DNA from: Rhizobacter sp.
GTDB taxonomy: Bacteria; Pseudomonadota; Gammaproteobacteria; Burkholderiales; Burkholderiaceae_C
Reading direction: 5' to 3'
Assembly (NCBI GenBank): GCA_017986065.1
Contig: JAGNWJ010000004.1
Location: forward strand, 16,437-80,436
Length of the DNA: 64,000 nt
Part shown: piece by piece, positions 19,635 through 29,700 of the stretch
Numbering within the stretch: the first letter of the stretch is position 1
How the letters are laid out: each line of letters opens with the position of its first letter
Translations under genes and position numbers: made by a program
Notes under the pieces: model-generated
Told to the model about the DNA's origin: nothing
The model's database searches: none
What the model saw: the letters and a program-made list of their open reading frames with translations, nothing else

Positions 19635-20137
19635 GCCGTGCGCTCCCGGATGTCGAAGCTGAAACGACCTGCGTCATCGCGCACGAGCGACAACCGCTGG
19701 GCCGCCGGCAGCGTGATGCGGGCAGCCGCATAGGCAGGGTGGATAGGGAGTTCGCGACCGCCGCGGTCGACCAGCACCGCCAGGATGACGCTCGCCGGCC
19801 GGCCGAAGTCGAAGAGCTCGTTGATCACGGCACGCGTGGTGCGCCCTGTGAACAGGACGTCGTCGATCAGCACGATGTGCCGGCCCTCGATCTCGAACGG
19901 CAAGCGGGTGTGGTCGGCGCCCGCGGTCATGCCGCGCGACCCGAAATCGTCGCGGTGAAGCGCACTGGAGATCACGCCGAACTCGCCCTCGAGTTGCAGG
20001 TCACGCTGAAGTCGCTCGGCCAGCCAGGCTCCGCCAGACCAGATGCCGACCAGCACGGTTTGCGGCCGCAGCAGGCCACGCACACCGGCCAGCAGATCGC
20101 CGTACAGCGCTTCGGCATCGAGTTGCAGAGAACTCAT
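19631..20137 (-). CDS. pyrR: Bifunctional pyrimidine regulatory protein / uracil phosphoribosyltransferase PyrR
   Basis: The PRTase motif is '[16 protein letters not shown]'. Both neighbouring genes overlap it by 4 nt. Confidence 0.9.
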   Translation of the reverse strand: MSSLQLDAEALYGDLLAGVRGLLRPQTVLVGIWSGGAWLAERLQRDLQLEGEFGVISSALHRDDFGSRGMTAGADHTRLPFEIEGRHIVLIDDVLFTGRTTRAVINELFDFGRPASVILAVLVDRGGRELPIHPAYAAARITLPAAQRLSLVRDDAGRFSFDIRERTA

Positions 20138-20574
20138 TCGGATTCACTCCGCAGGTACTGTTCCAGGATCAACGCTGCCGAAGCAGCATCAAGGTCTCGC
20201 GCACCGCCCGCATGGGCCTCGGTTGTCGTGTAGCGCTCGTCGACCTCGTGGACCTGCATCCGAAGCCGCCCATGCAGCTGGCGCGCAAAACGGCGGGCTC
20301 GCAGTGTGTTCTCGTGCTCGGCTCCATCCGGGTGATAAGGCACGCCGACGACCAGCGCATCCGGCTGCCATTCACCCACCAGACGCGTGATGGCCGCGAA
20401 ACGGTCCTCGCCGGTGGCAGCAATGGTGCAAAGCGGCTGAGCGCTGCGTGTGAGCGTGTTGCCGCTGGCGACGCCGACACGCTTCTGGCCGAAATCGAAT
20501 GCAAGGTAGGTGCGCAGGCGTTGCGCAGCGCCACCGAGTGACGCGCCTGGAACAATGGTTCCGAGGTCAGGCAT
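20134..20574 (-). CDS. ruvX: Holliday-junction resolvase-like nuclease RuvX (YqgF)
   Basis: It contains 'YLAFDFGQKRVGVASG', 'ALVVGVPYHPDG' and 'VDERYTTTEA'. The start is ambiguous between ATG 20574 and ATG 20583. The track ORF start at 20685 is over-extended. Confidence 0.88.
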   Translation of the reverse strand: MPDLGTIVPGASLGGAAQRLRTYLAFDFGQKRVGVASGNTLTRSAQPLCTIAATGEDRFAAITRLVGEWQPDALVVGVPYHPDGAEHENTLRARRFARQLHGRLRMQVHEVDERYTTTEAHAGGARDLDAASAALILEQYLRSESE

Positions 20575-21145
20575 GCCCGGCATCGGCGCTGAGCATGGCG
20601 GGGTCGATCCCCAGCAGGGAAAGCGCCTTGTCGTAGCGCTGCTCGACCGGCGTGTTGAAGATGATCTCCGGCTCGGCCTCGACATTGATCCAGGTGTTGC
20701 GGCCCATCTCGTCTTCGAGCTGACCAGCTCCCCAGCCGCTGTATCCCAGCGTCACCAGGATCTTCGTCGGCCCGTTGCCACTGGCCAGCGCTTCGAGCAC
20801 GTCCTTGCTGGTCGTCATTTCCAGCCCGCCCGGAATCCGCAGCGACGAACTGAAGCGCCCTTCCTGGTCGTCGAGCTGCTCATGCAGGACGAAGCCGCGT
20901 TCGGTCTGCACCGGCCCGCCGTAGTAGACAGGCGACTCCGCGAGATCGACGCGATCGAGCTCCAACTCGACCTTCTCGAAAAGACTCTTCAGCTTGATGT
21001 CGATCGGCTTGTTGATCACCAGCCCCAGCGCGCCCTTGTCGGTGTGCTCGCAAAGGTAGATCACGGTGCCCGCGAACGTATCGCCGGCGATGCCCGGCAT
21101 CGCAATCAGGAACTGGTTGGTCAAGTTGATGCTGCCGAAGCTCAT
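20567..21145 (-). CDS. YqgE/AlgH family protein (UPF0301)
   Basis: It contains 'NQFLIAMPGIAGDTFAGTVIYLCEHTDKGALGLVINKP' and 'GYSGWGAGQLE.E'. Confidence 0.9.
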   Translation of the reverse strand: MSFGSINLTNQFLIAMPGIAGDTFAGTVIYLCEHTDKGALGLVINKPIDIKLKSLFEKVELELDRVDLAESPVYYGGPVQTERGFVLHEQLDDQEGRFSSSLRIPGGLEMTTSKDVLEALASGNGPTKILVTLGYSGWGAGQLEDEMGRNTWINVEAEPEIIFNTPVEQRYDKALSLLGIDPAMLSADAGHA

Positions 21146-21178
21146 CGCCGCATTTTATTCCTGCGGCACACTCTTCGG

Positions 21179-22672
21179 ATGACCCCTTCGCTCGATGCCG
21201 CACTCGTCTGGTTTCGCCGCGACCTTCGCGCCGAGGATCAGGCCGCCCTGCACCATGCGCTGAGAGCGGCTCGCCATGTCTGGTGCGTCTTCGTGCTCGA
21301 CCGCGACATCCTTGACCCGTTACCGCGCGCCGATCGCAGGGTCGAGTTCATCGTTGACAGCCTGGCCGATCTGCATGCGAGGCTGGCGGAACTCGCTGCG
21401 GCACACGGGGTGGCAGGCGCCGGCCTGATCGTGCGGCACGCCTGGGCACGCGACGAGATCCCGGCGCTGGCCCAGCGGCTGCGTGTGCAGGCGGTCTACG
21501 CCAGCCATGACGACGAGCCCCGTGCGCTGGAACGCGATGCGCAGGTACGCGGACGGCTTGCCCATCTGGGCATCGCGCTGCACACCAGCAAGGACCATGT
21601 GATCTTCGAGCGCAGCGAGGTGCTGACCGGCTCGGGTACTCCTTATGGCGTTTTCACGCCCTACAAGAACGCGTGGCTGAAGCGGTTGACGCCGGAGCAC
21701 CTGGCGCCCTGGTCCATCGAGCCGCATGCGGCGCATCTGGCCGCGTTGCCAAAAGACCTGCCCGGTGGACCACCGTCGCTCGCCGACATCGGCTTCGCGC
21801 CCACCAATCTGTCCTCGCTGCGGATGGGGCAGGGAGCCACCGGCGCGCAGGCTGCATTCAGCGAATTCCTCACGCGAATCGACGGATACGAGGACGCGCG
21901 CAATTTCCCGGCCGTTAAGGGTCCGAGCTACCTGTCGGTGCATCTGCGCTTCGGCACGATCTCGATCAGGCAACTGGCGCGCGAGGCTCACCGGCGCATG
22001 CAGGACGGTTCGCGCGGTGCAGAGGTCTGGCTGTCCGAGCTGATCTGGCGCGACTTCTATCACCAGGTGCTGCACCACCACCCGCACGTGGCGGCACGCA
22101 GCTTCAAGCCCGAATACGACCGCATCGCCTGGGAGCATGGCAAGCACGCGGATGCGCTGTTCAGCGCCTGGTGCGAAGGACGCACCGGATATCCCCTGAT
22201 CGACGCGGCGATGGCGCAGATCAATCAGACCGGTTACATGCACAACCGCCTGCGCATGGTGGTGGCAAGCTTCCTGGTGAAGGACCTGGGCATCGATTGG
22301 CGCTGGGGCGAACGCTATTTCGCCGAGCATCTCAACGATTTCGATCTGGCCGCGAACAACGGTGGCTGGCAGTGGGCGAGTTCGACCGGGTGCGACGCTC
22401 AGCCGTATTTCCGGATCTTCAATCCGGTCAGCCAGAGCGAGAAGTTCGATCCTGCAGGCAAGTTCATCCGGCGCTATCTGCCGCAGCTCGCGGCCCTTCC
22501 CGATGCGGCGTTGCACGCACCCTGGGCAGCGCGGCCGGTGGATCTGGCCGCAGCCGGCATAGAGATCGGTCGAAACTGGCCCGCTCCGGTCGTGCAGCAC
22601 GATGCTGCGCGCGCCAGGACGCTTGAACGCTACTCGGTGGTCAAGGCAAACCGACCTTCGGATCGACCTTAG
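21179..22672 (+). CDS. phrB: Deoxyribodipyrimidine photolyase (class I CPD photolyase/cryptochrome family)
   Basis: It contains 'LVWFRRDLRAEDQAAL', 'SYLSVHLRFGTIS', 'WRDFY' and 'TGYPLIDAAMAQINQTGYMHNRLRMVVASFL.KDL.IDWRWGERYFAEHLNDFDLAANNGGWQW'. The ATG at 21179 is internal to the 720-aa track ORF. Confidence 0.93.
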   Translation: MTPSLDAALVWFRRDLRAEDQAALHHALRAARHVWCVFVLDRDILDPLPRADRRVEFIVDSLADLHARLAELAAAHGVAGAGLIVRHAWARDEIPALAQRLRVQAVYASHDDEPRALERDAQVRGRLAHLGIALHTSKDHVIFERSEVLTGSGTPYGVFTPYKNAWLKRLTPEHLAPWSIEPHAAHLAALPKDLPGGPPSLADIGFAPTNLSSLRMGQGATGAQAAFSEFLTRIDGYEDARNFPAVKGPSYLSVHLRFGTISIRQLAREAHRRMQDGSRGAEVWLSELIWRDFYHQVLHHHPHVAARSFKPEYDRIAWEHGKHADALFSAWCEGRTGYPLIDAAMAQINQTGYMHNRLRMVVASFLVKDLGIDWRWGERYFAEHLNDFDLAANNGGWQWASSTGCDAQPYFRIFNPVSQSEKFDPAGKFIRRYLPQLAALPDAALHAPWAARPVDLAAAGIEIGRNWPAPVVQHDAARARTLERYSVVKANRPSDRP

Positions 22673-23700
22673 AAGAATTCGAAGTCGCCGACCTTGGTGG
22701 TGTCCGTCAGCAGTCCCTGCGCCACCAGATCGGCGTGACTGCACACCCGGTTGCGACCATTCTGCTTCGCGTGATAGACAGCCTGATCTGCCCGTTCGAA
22801 TGCCCCGCTGGGCGTGTCCCCGGGTCGAACTGCGGTGAAGCCGATGCTCACCGTGACACGGCCGACCTGCGGAAACTCGAACTGCTCGGTCAGTACGCGG
22901 AATCGTTCCATCGCCTGCGCGGCATCATCCTCTGCGGGGCAACGCATCAGCACCAGGAACTCCTCGCCGCCGAATCGGTAAAGCCGGTCGTGGAGCCGGA
23001 AGCTGCGAGCCATCAGGCGCGACAACAGCAGAAGCACCTCGTCGCCGATCAGATGACCGAACCGGTCATTGACGCTCTTGAAGTGGTCGATGTCGATGAC
23101 GCCTATCCAGTAGCCGCAGGGGTCCCCGCCGCAACAGCGCCGTCCCGCTTTCTCGGCATCGGTATCAGGCATCAGATCGGAGGTCGCCTTCAGGAAGCTC
23201 TCGTCAAAGGTCTTGCGGTTGAGCAACCCGGTCAGCGTGTCGCGCTCGCTGTAATCCAGCAGCCTGTCGAAATTGTGAAAGATGCGCAGCACGCCTTCGA
23301 TGGTCCGCTGCGCGGTCTCGTCGAGCGCGGCATCGGTCTCGATCTCGATCACTCCGACAGCATCACTGCCGCCGACCAGCGGGAAATAGGCCCTGCCGGG
23401 CGCGGCTCCCACCATGACCAGGCGCTGCTCGGTCAGCGCCACGAAGCGCGGCTCACTGGGCTCGAGCCGGGGCAGATTCTCGAGGTCACTCCATGGAAGG
23501 TCGGACTTGGGCACCGTATCACCGCGGCGCAAATGCCCCCGGTTCAGCCAGCGACGATCCTCGGCTTCGCCGACGCAGCGATGAATGGACACCATGCGCG
23601 GCCGGACCATGTCCATGAGCGAGCTCGCCAACGCCAGATCCAGCAACTCTCGGTCGCGATGGCTGGTCAGCTCGGCGATGTGGTCGGCAAACGGGATCAT
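22669..23700 (-). CDS. Diguanylate cyclase (GAF-like N-terminal domain plus GGDEF)
   Basis: It contains 'RDTLTGLLNRKTF', an I-site 'RLHD' five residues before the active site 'GGEEF', and 'ADQAVYHAKQNGRNR'. I prefer the ATG at 23700, which lies 25 bp after the chpA stop. ATG 23760 would overlap chpA. Confidence 0.88.
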   Translation of the reverse strand: MIPFADHIAELTSHRDRELLDLALASSLMDMVRPRMVSIHRCVGEAEDRRWLNRGHLRRGDTVPKSDLPWSDLENLPRLEPSEPRFVALTEQRLVMVGAAPGRAYFPLVGGSDAVGVIEIETDAALDETAQRTIEGVLRIFHNFDRLLDYSERDTLTGLLNRKTFDESFLKATSDLMPDTDAEKAGRRCCGGDPCGYWIGVIDIDHFKSVNDRFGHLIGDEVLLLLSRLMARSFRLHDRLYRFGGEEFLVLMRCPAEDDAAQAMERFRVLTEQFEFPQVGRVTVSIGFTAVRPGDTPSGAFERADQAVYHAKQNGRNRVCSHADLVAQGLLTDTTKVGDFEFF

Positions 23701-23725
23701 GTCGAATATCGAAGCGGAGCTGTCC

Positions 23726-26700
23726 TCAAGCCACCACCGGAACGGCCGTGCATCGCGCAATCAACGCCAGCAGGTCTTCTTCGGAATAAGGCTTGCCCAG
23801 GTAGTGCTCGACGCCAAGCTGCGCGGCATAGTCGCGGTGCTTCTGGGCGATGCGCGAGGTGATCATGATCACCGGCAGATCGCTCAGGCGCGCATCGGCG
23901 CGCAGGTTGCGCACCAGATCGAAGCCATCCATGCGCGGCATCTCGATGTCGCTGAGCACGATGGCGGGTCGCTCCTTTGCGAGCTGCTCGAGCGCGTCGA
24001 GTCCGTCCTTGGCCAGCATGACTCGATAGCCCTCACGCAGCAGCATGCGTTCGGTGACGCGTCTCACGGTCAGTGAGTCGTCGACCACGAGCACGAGCGG
24101 CGCCAGGGTTCGGGCCGGGCTCTCGTCAGCCGCAGGCTGCGCGTGGCCAGCCAGCCGTGACTGCAATGCCGACTGGGTCGCGACCCGGGCCGAGCTGCCG
24201 TACAGGGTCGCCAACGCCACCGGGTTGTAGATCAGGACGACATCACCAGAAGCCATCAGGGTCATGCCGGCCAGTCCAGGCATCCGGGACAACTGCGGGC
24301 CCAGGTTCTTGACGACGACTTCCTCGTTCCCGACGACGTCATCGACGTGGATCACGATGCGCTGCGACGCGCTGCGTATGACCAGCACCTGAGCACTGCG
24401 CCCGGCCGGTTCGGCGCTGCACGAACTGGTCTGCAACAGCGCGCCCAGCCAGAAGAATGGCAGCGCGCTGTCATCGACGGTGAAACTGCCGCTCAGGTGG
24501 GCCTGCTCCATCTCGGCCGCAGGCACCCGACGCACGCTGACGATCAGCGGCGAAGGTATTCCGACGGTGAGATCACCGCAACGAACCATCACGACCTGCG
24601 TCACGGCCGTCGTCAGCGGAAGGACCAGCTTGAAACTGGAGCCCTTGCCGGAAGTGGTGGACGTCTCGATGCGACCGCCAATCGCAACGACCTCGGAGCG
24701 CACCACGTCCATGCCGACCCCGCGGCCGGACAGCTCGGTCACCTTGTCCGCGGTCGAGAAGCCGGCCGTGAAGATGAGGTTGGCCAGATCGCCGTCGGAC
24801 AGCGCGGCTCCTTCGGTGATCAGGCCGGTGGCCACGCCCTTGGCACGGATACGTTCGAGGTCCAGACCCCGGCCGTCGTCGCGCACTTCGACACTGACCT
24901 CGTTGCCGTCCTGGCTCACCGCCACGACGACCCCGCCGGTGGCGTCCTTGCCAGCTGCCACGCGGGTCTCCGGAGACTCGATGCCGTGCGTCACGCTGTT
25001 GCGCAGCAGGTGCTCGAATGCCCCGGTCATGCGGTCGAGCACGCCCCGGTCGATCTCGATCGACCCGCCGACGATGTCGAGCCGGACCTGCTTGCCGGTT
25101 TCCTTCGCCGCCTGTCGGACGACGCGGTAGAGCCGATCGGACAGCCCCTCGAACTCGACCATGCGGGTGCGCAACAGGTCGTCCTGCAACTCGCGCGTCA
25201 GGCGCGCTTGTGCAGCCAGTTCGTCCTCGGTGCTCTGCAGCGAGCGCTGCAGCGTGCGCTGAACCGTGGCGACGTCGTTGACCGACTCGGCCATCATGCG
25301 GGTCAGCTCCTGGAACCGCGTGAAGCGATCGAACTCGAGCGGGTCGAATGCCTGGGCCGACACCTTGGCCGCCTCCATGCGCGCACTGATCTGCGTCTCG
25401 GCCTGCAATTCGATGTCGCGCAATTGCCCGCGCAGGCGGTCGAGGTTTTCGGTCAGATCGGACAGTGAGCCCTTGATCTCCTGGACGTCCGAAGCGATGC
25501 GCGAACGGGTGATGCTGACCTCACCGGCCTGGTTGACCAGGCGGTCCAGCAAGGGAGCGCGCACGCGCACCGCTGCCGTGGAGATCGAAGCCAACGGCGC
25601 ACGCGGCGCTTCGACGACGCCCTCGCTGGCACCGAAACGTGACCAGTCGACCTCGGCATTCGCAGCCGAATCAACGGGCCGGTGATCGCTGTCGAAGCCA
25701 GGGGCGGAAACAGGAGCCGGTGCAGCCTGCGCCGCGGAAGAGTCCGCAACGGCTTCGGTCTCCTCGACCGCAGCCTCTTCATCGATCGACACCGGGGGTG
25801 CCATCTCAACGGGTCGGGCGACCGCAACCGCCTCGGGCGCTGCAGCCTCTTCGGTCGAGGCCGCGGCCCGCTGAACAGCCTCGAACGCAGCTCGCAGCAC
25901 ATCGCAGCGCCCGAGCAAGGGTTCGACGTCATCGGCGGTCAGGGCAGCCTCTGCCGACTGCGACATCAGGTTCTCGATGCGGCTTTCAAGCCGATGCACG
26001 AGTTCGCCGAGGCGCATCGCCCCTGCCAGACGCGCCCCGCCTTTCAGGGTGTGCAGGGTGCGCATCGCGCCAGCGGGCTGGCTGGCATCGTCCGGCTGCC
26101 TGACCCAGTCCTGCAGGCGAATCGCGAGCTCGCCCAGCAGCTCTTCACCTTCTTCCTCGAAGATCGGGAACAGCTCGGCATCGATCGCGTCGATGGCGTC
26201 GATGTCCTCGTCATCATCGAATGGCTGCGGCGCGCCTTCCTGAGCCGAGCGAATCGGTTCGGAATCCGGGACGGGCGATTCGTCCAGCGACTTCAGTTCA
26301 GCAACGCCGAGCGGGTCGAGGCGTGGCACATCGGTGCTGACGCTGAAGTCGAGGTGGATCGGCGGGTCGAGCGGTGCACCTTCGCTGTCGAGCAGCGATT
26401 CGGCATCGAGTTCGGCAACGGCCGTGTCCAGACGCTGCGCCGAGCTCAGCTCGTGTTCGGCCAGACGGGCCAGCAGGGCTTCCGAAGGCTGCTTCAGGAA
26501 GCCTGCCGCGAACTGATGCAGCAGGTGCCGGATTTCATCGGCCGCGTCGACGAACAGAGCGCCCTCTTCCGAGGTGCCCGAACCTATCGCGCAACAGCGC
26601 GACAGCGCGTGCTCGAGCGTGCGGGAAAGATTCGACAGATCGGCGAAGCCCACGGTGGCCGAGCTGCCAGCCAGCGAATGGGCCAGCGCGACCGCGGTAT

Positions 26701-29700
26701 CACCGACCGGCCGATCGAGTTCCATCGCCCATTCGGCGAGTTCGGTGCACAGTCGGCGCGACAACTCGTCGGCTTCGTTCAGGTAGATATTGAACAGCGG
26801 AATGCCGATGCGCAGCGAGCCGATCACCTTGACCGCCTCGTCCGCATCTGGCGCTTCATCCGCCGTCTCGATCAGCTCGGATGCCTGCCCGATCTCTGGC
26901 TCAGCTTCCAGCAAGGCCACCAGCTCGGGTTGAGACTCCAGCGTGGCTTCGCCCTGCTCTTCATCGGATACGCTGAATGGCTCCGACCCGAGGTCCAGGT
27001 TCAGCAATTCGAACGACGGCGAGTCGACTGCCTCGGGCAACTCGTCGCGAGTAAGCAGCGAATCATGCGGCAGGGGCTGCGTTGCCTCGGGATCGAACGG
27101 CTCGAACATCGACTGCGCTTCGCTGGCCTCCAGATCCAGCGCAAGCAGCCCGGAATCTGCGGGACCGGCTTTCGCCGGATCGCGCAGCAGCATGGTCGAA
27201 TCCGAATCGAAGGCGACTTCGGGTGAAGACTCGACACCTGTGGCGGGCAGGTTGAGGTCCAGGTCCACGAGCGCATCGAAATCCAGCTCGTCCAGGGCCA
27301 GCACTTCCGGCATGGACTCGGCAGCAGGAACCTCACCCGGCATGTCGAGCTCGAAATCCGCCGGCATCGTGAAATCAGGCGGCACCGCACCGCTGTCAGC
27401 GTCATCGGACGCGGCGAATGCGAATTCGTGCACGACGGGAGGCAGCGCCGGCACCGCCTCGATGACCGGCGCTTCAGCGCCAGCCTGCAACTGAGCAGCG
27501 GCTTCCCGGATGCGGTTCGCCGTGTGCGAGGTCGCGCGCGAGGCGGCGATGTCACCGACCCAGTCTGCGAACTGATCGAGCGACCAGGCGGTGAAGTCGA
27601 GCAGCGACGAATCAGCCGCCTGCTGCTCCGAAAGCCGCGTGTTGTAGAGCTGTTCGCAGACCCAGGCGGCATCACCGAATTCGGTCAGGCCCACCATGCG
27701 GGCGCTGCCCTTGAGCGTGTGGAACGCGCGGCGCACGATCGTGAGCTGCTGCAGATCGGCAGGCTGGGCCGCGAGTTCGGCGACGGCGCCGCGCGCTGTC
27801 TCGAAGACCTCCAGAGCTTCTTCGAGGAACACCTCGCGCATTTCTTCGTCTTCGACGGATTCGTCGGCACCGACGTCCCGCCCGGCGGTGGTTGCCGGTT
27901 CGAGGCCGACCGCTTCAGACGAGGTGTGCACGAAGTCCGCCAGCGCTTCGGACAGCTGATCGCGCGCGGCGCTCACAGCATCGGAATCCTGTGCCTTCTC
28001 GAGCGCCACGCGCGCCTGGTTGACCGTGGCGGCGAGCGCCGGCTGGTCGGCCGCCGTGGCTTCGTGCGCCAGGCGTTCGAGGTCGCGCGTGACCGCCTCG
28101 ATCGAGACATCCTCGCGCGCAGCGTTGAAGGCCAGCATCTGCGCCTGCTCGATCAGGCGCGGCTCCGCGACCGCTGGAGCGGGCTCGCCCGGAATCACGG
28201 GCTTGCGTTCGCCACGGCCCATCACCGGGGACAACGTTCCGGAATCGGCGTCGTAGGTGAACAACGTCTTGGCCAGAGTGGGCTGCACGCTGAGCATGTC
28301 GATCAGGAATCCGAGCGCTCCCAGGTTGTCGGCGAGGCGATCGAACACGCCGGCCTGCGGCACGCGCGCCACATCGACCTCGGTCGAACTGAGACCATCG
28401 ACTTCATCGCGCATTCGCAGCAACGCGCTGGCTGCGTGGTCCATGCCCAGCACCGACAGCACACCTCGCATGGCCGACAGGTGATTCGGCACCGGGATCA
28501 GCACCTCCGGATCGGCCGGGTTGCGGAAGAACTGGTCGATCAGCTTCTCGGCTTCGGACAGGGTCGCGCGCAACTCCTGCACCACGCTGCCCATGGTCTG
28601 GCGGTCGGACACCCGTCGATACAGGTCTTCCATCCAGCCTTCGAGAGGCTGCGGCGGCTCGCCCTGCCGAACACTGGCCATGCGCTGCGACATTCGCTGC
28701 ACACGTGCGCCCAGTTCAGGGTGATCGAATTCGGCGTCCTCGAGGCACGCCTCGACGTAAAGCAGACTGGTGGCCGCCTCCATGGCCAACGGCGCAGACG
28801 GCGGAGCAGCGGATTGCTGAGCCTGGGCCGCGGCAGCGCGCAACTCTTCGGCCAGCAATTCCCCCGAGGGGAACAGCCGCTTCAACGACTCGCCAGCGAG
28901 CGCGAACTGCTCGGCCAGTCCGTTCAATCGGTGCATTTCCCCGCCGGCCACACCAGACCAGGATTCCTTGGCGGCAGCAACGCGTTTGCGCGCTTGCGCA
29001 ATCACGGCCGGATCGAATCGACCGAGGGCGCTGACGTGATAGTCGGTTGTGAGGTGATGGACCAGGCCATAGGCTTGGCGGACCGCGGCCAGCCGAGGAG
29101 CCCGGCGACCGTCACCAGGCGAATCGGCCTGTGCACAGAAGAACAGGAGATCTCGGGCCAGACGCTCGGACACCTCGCGCCCGCCGCGCTCGAAGATGCG
29201 CAACTGCGCCAGCAGCCGCGAGGCCACGCGCTTGCTGAAAACATCGGGAGAGAGCAGCCCTTGCGACTGCGCCTCGAACATGGCCGCAGCCAGCTTCCAC
29301 AGCGTGCTGGTCTGCGGGTGATCGGTGCCGGCGCCGAGTCCGGCGCAGATGTCACTCATGCGGCTGGCAGTCGCCGGCGTTGGATTGCGCATGATCGACA
29401 GCATCTTGCCTTCGATGGCCGAGCGGGTGGCGGCATCTGGAGCGCGCGGCACCGCCAATTCATCGTCAGGCAGCGGTTGCCATTGCCAGTCGCGCGTCCA
29501 CAGATCGGCGGGATGCACACGGTCGGCGCCAGCCAGTTCCTGGACGGCGCGGTACTGCGGGAACATCGCCAGCGGCGAAACCGTCTTGCCGGACAGCAGG
29601 CGTGCGACATAGTCGAGCACGGCAAACGACGCGCTTTCGATCGTGGCCACGGCATGGATGTCGAGCATGCGCGGCTTCGCTATGCAGCGTTGCACAGCCG

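Noticed and set aside
22669-22672. The convergent phrB and GGDEF genes overlap at their stop codons ('TTAG'), with no intergenic terminator.
   Set aside because: This is a common compact arrangement in high-GC genomes and is not informative on its own.
26179-26220. Short tandem repeat 'gcgtcgatggcgtcgat' and other periodic acidic-codon runs inside chpA.
   Set aside because: These are in frame and encode the acidic linker ('DIDAIDAID'). They are not a CRISPR array or a non-coding repeat.
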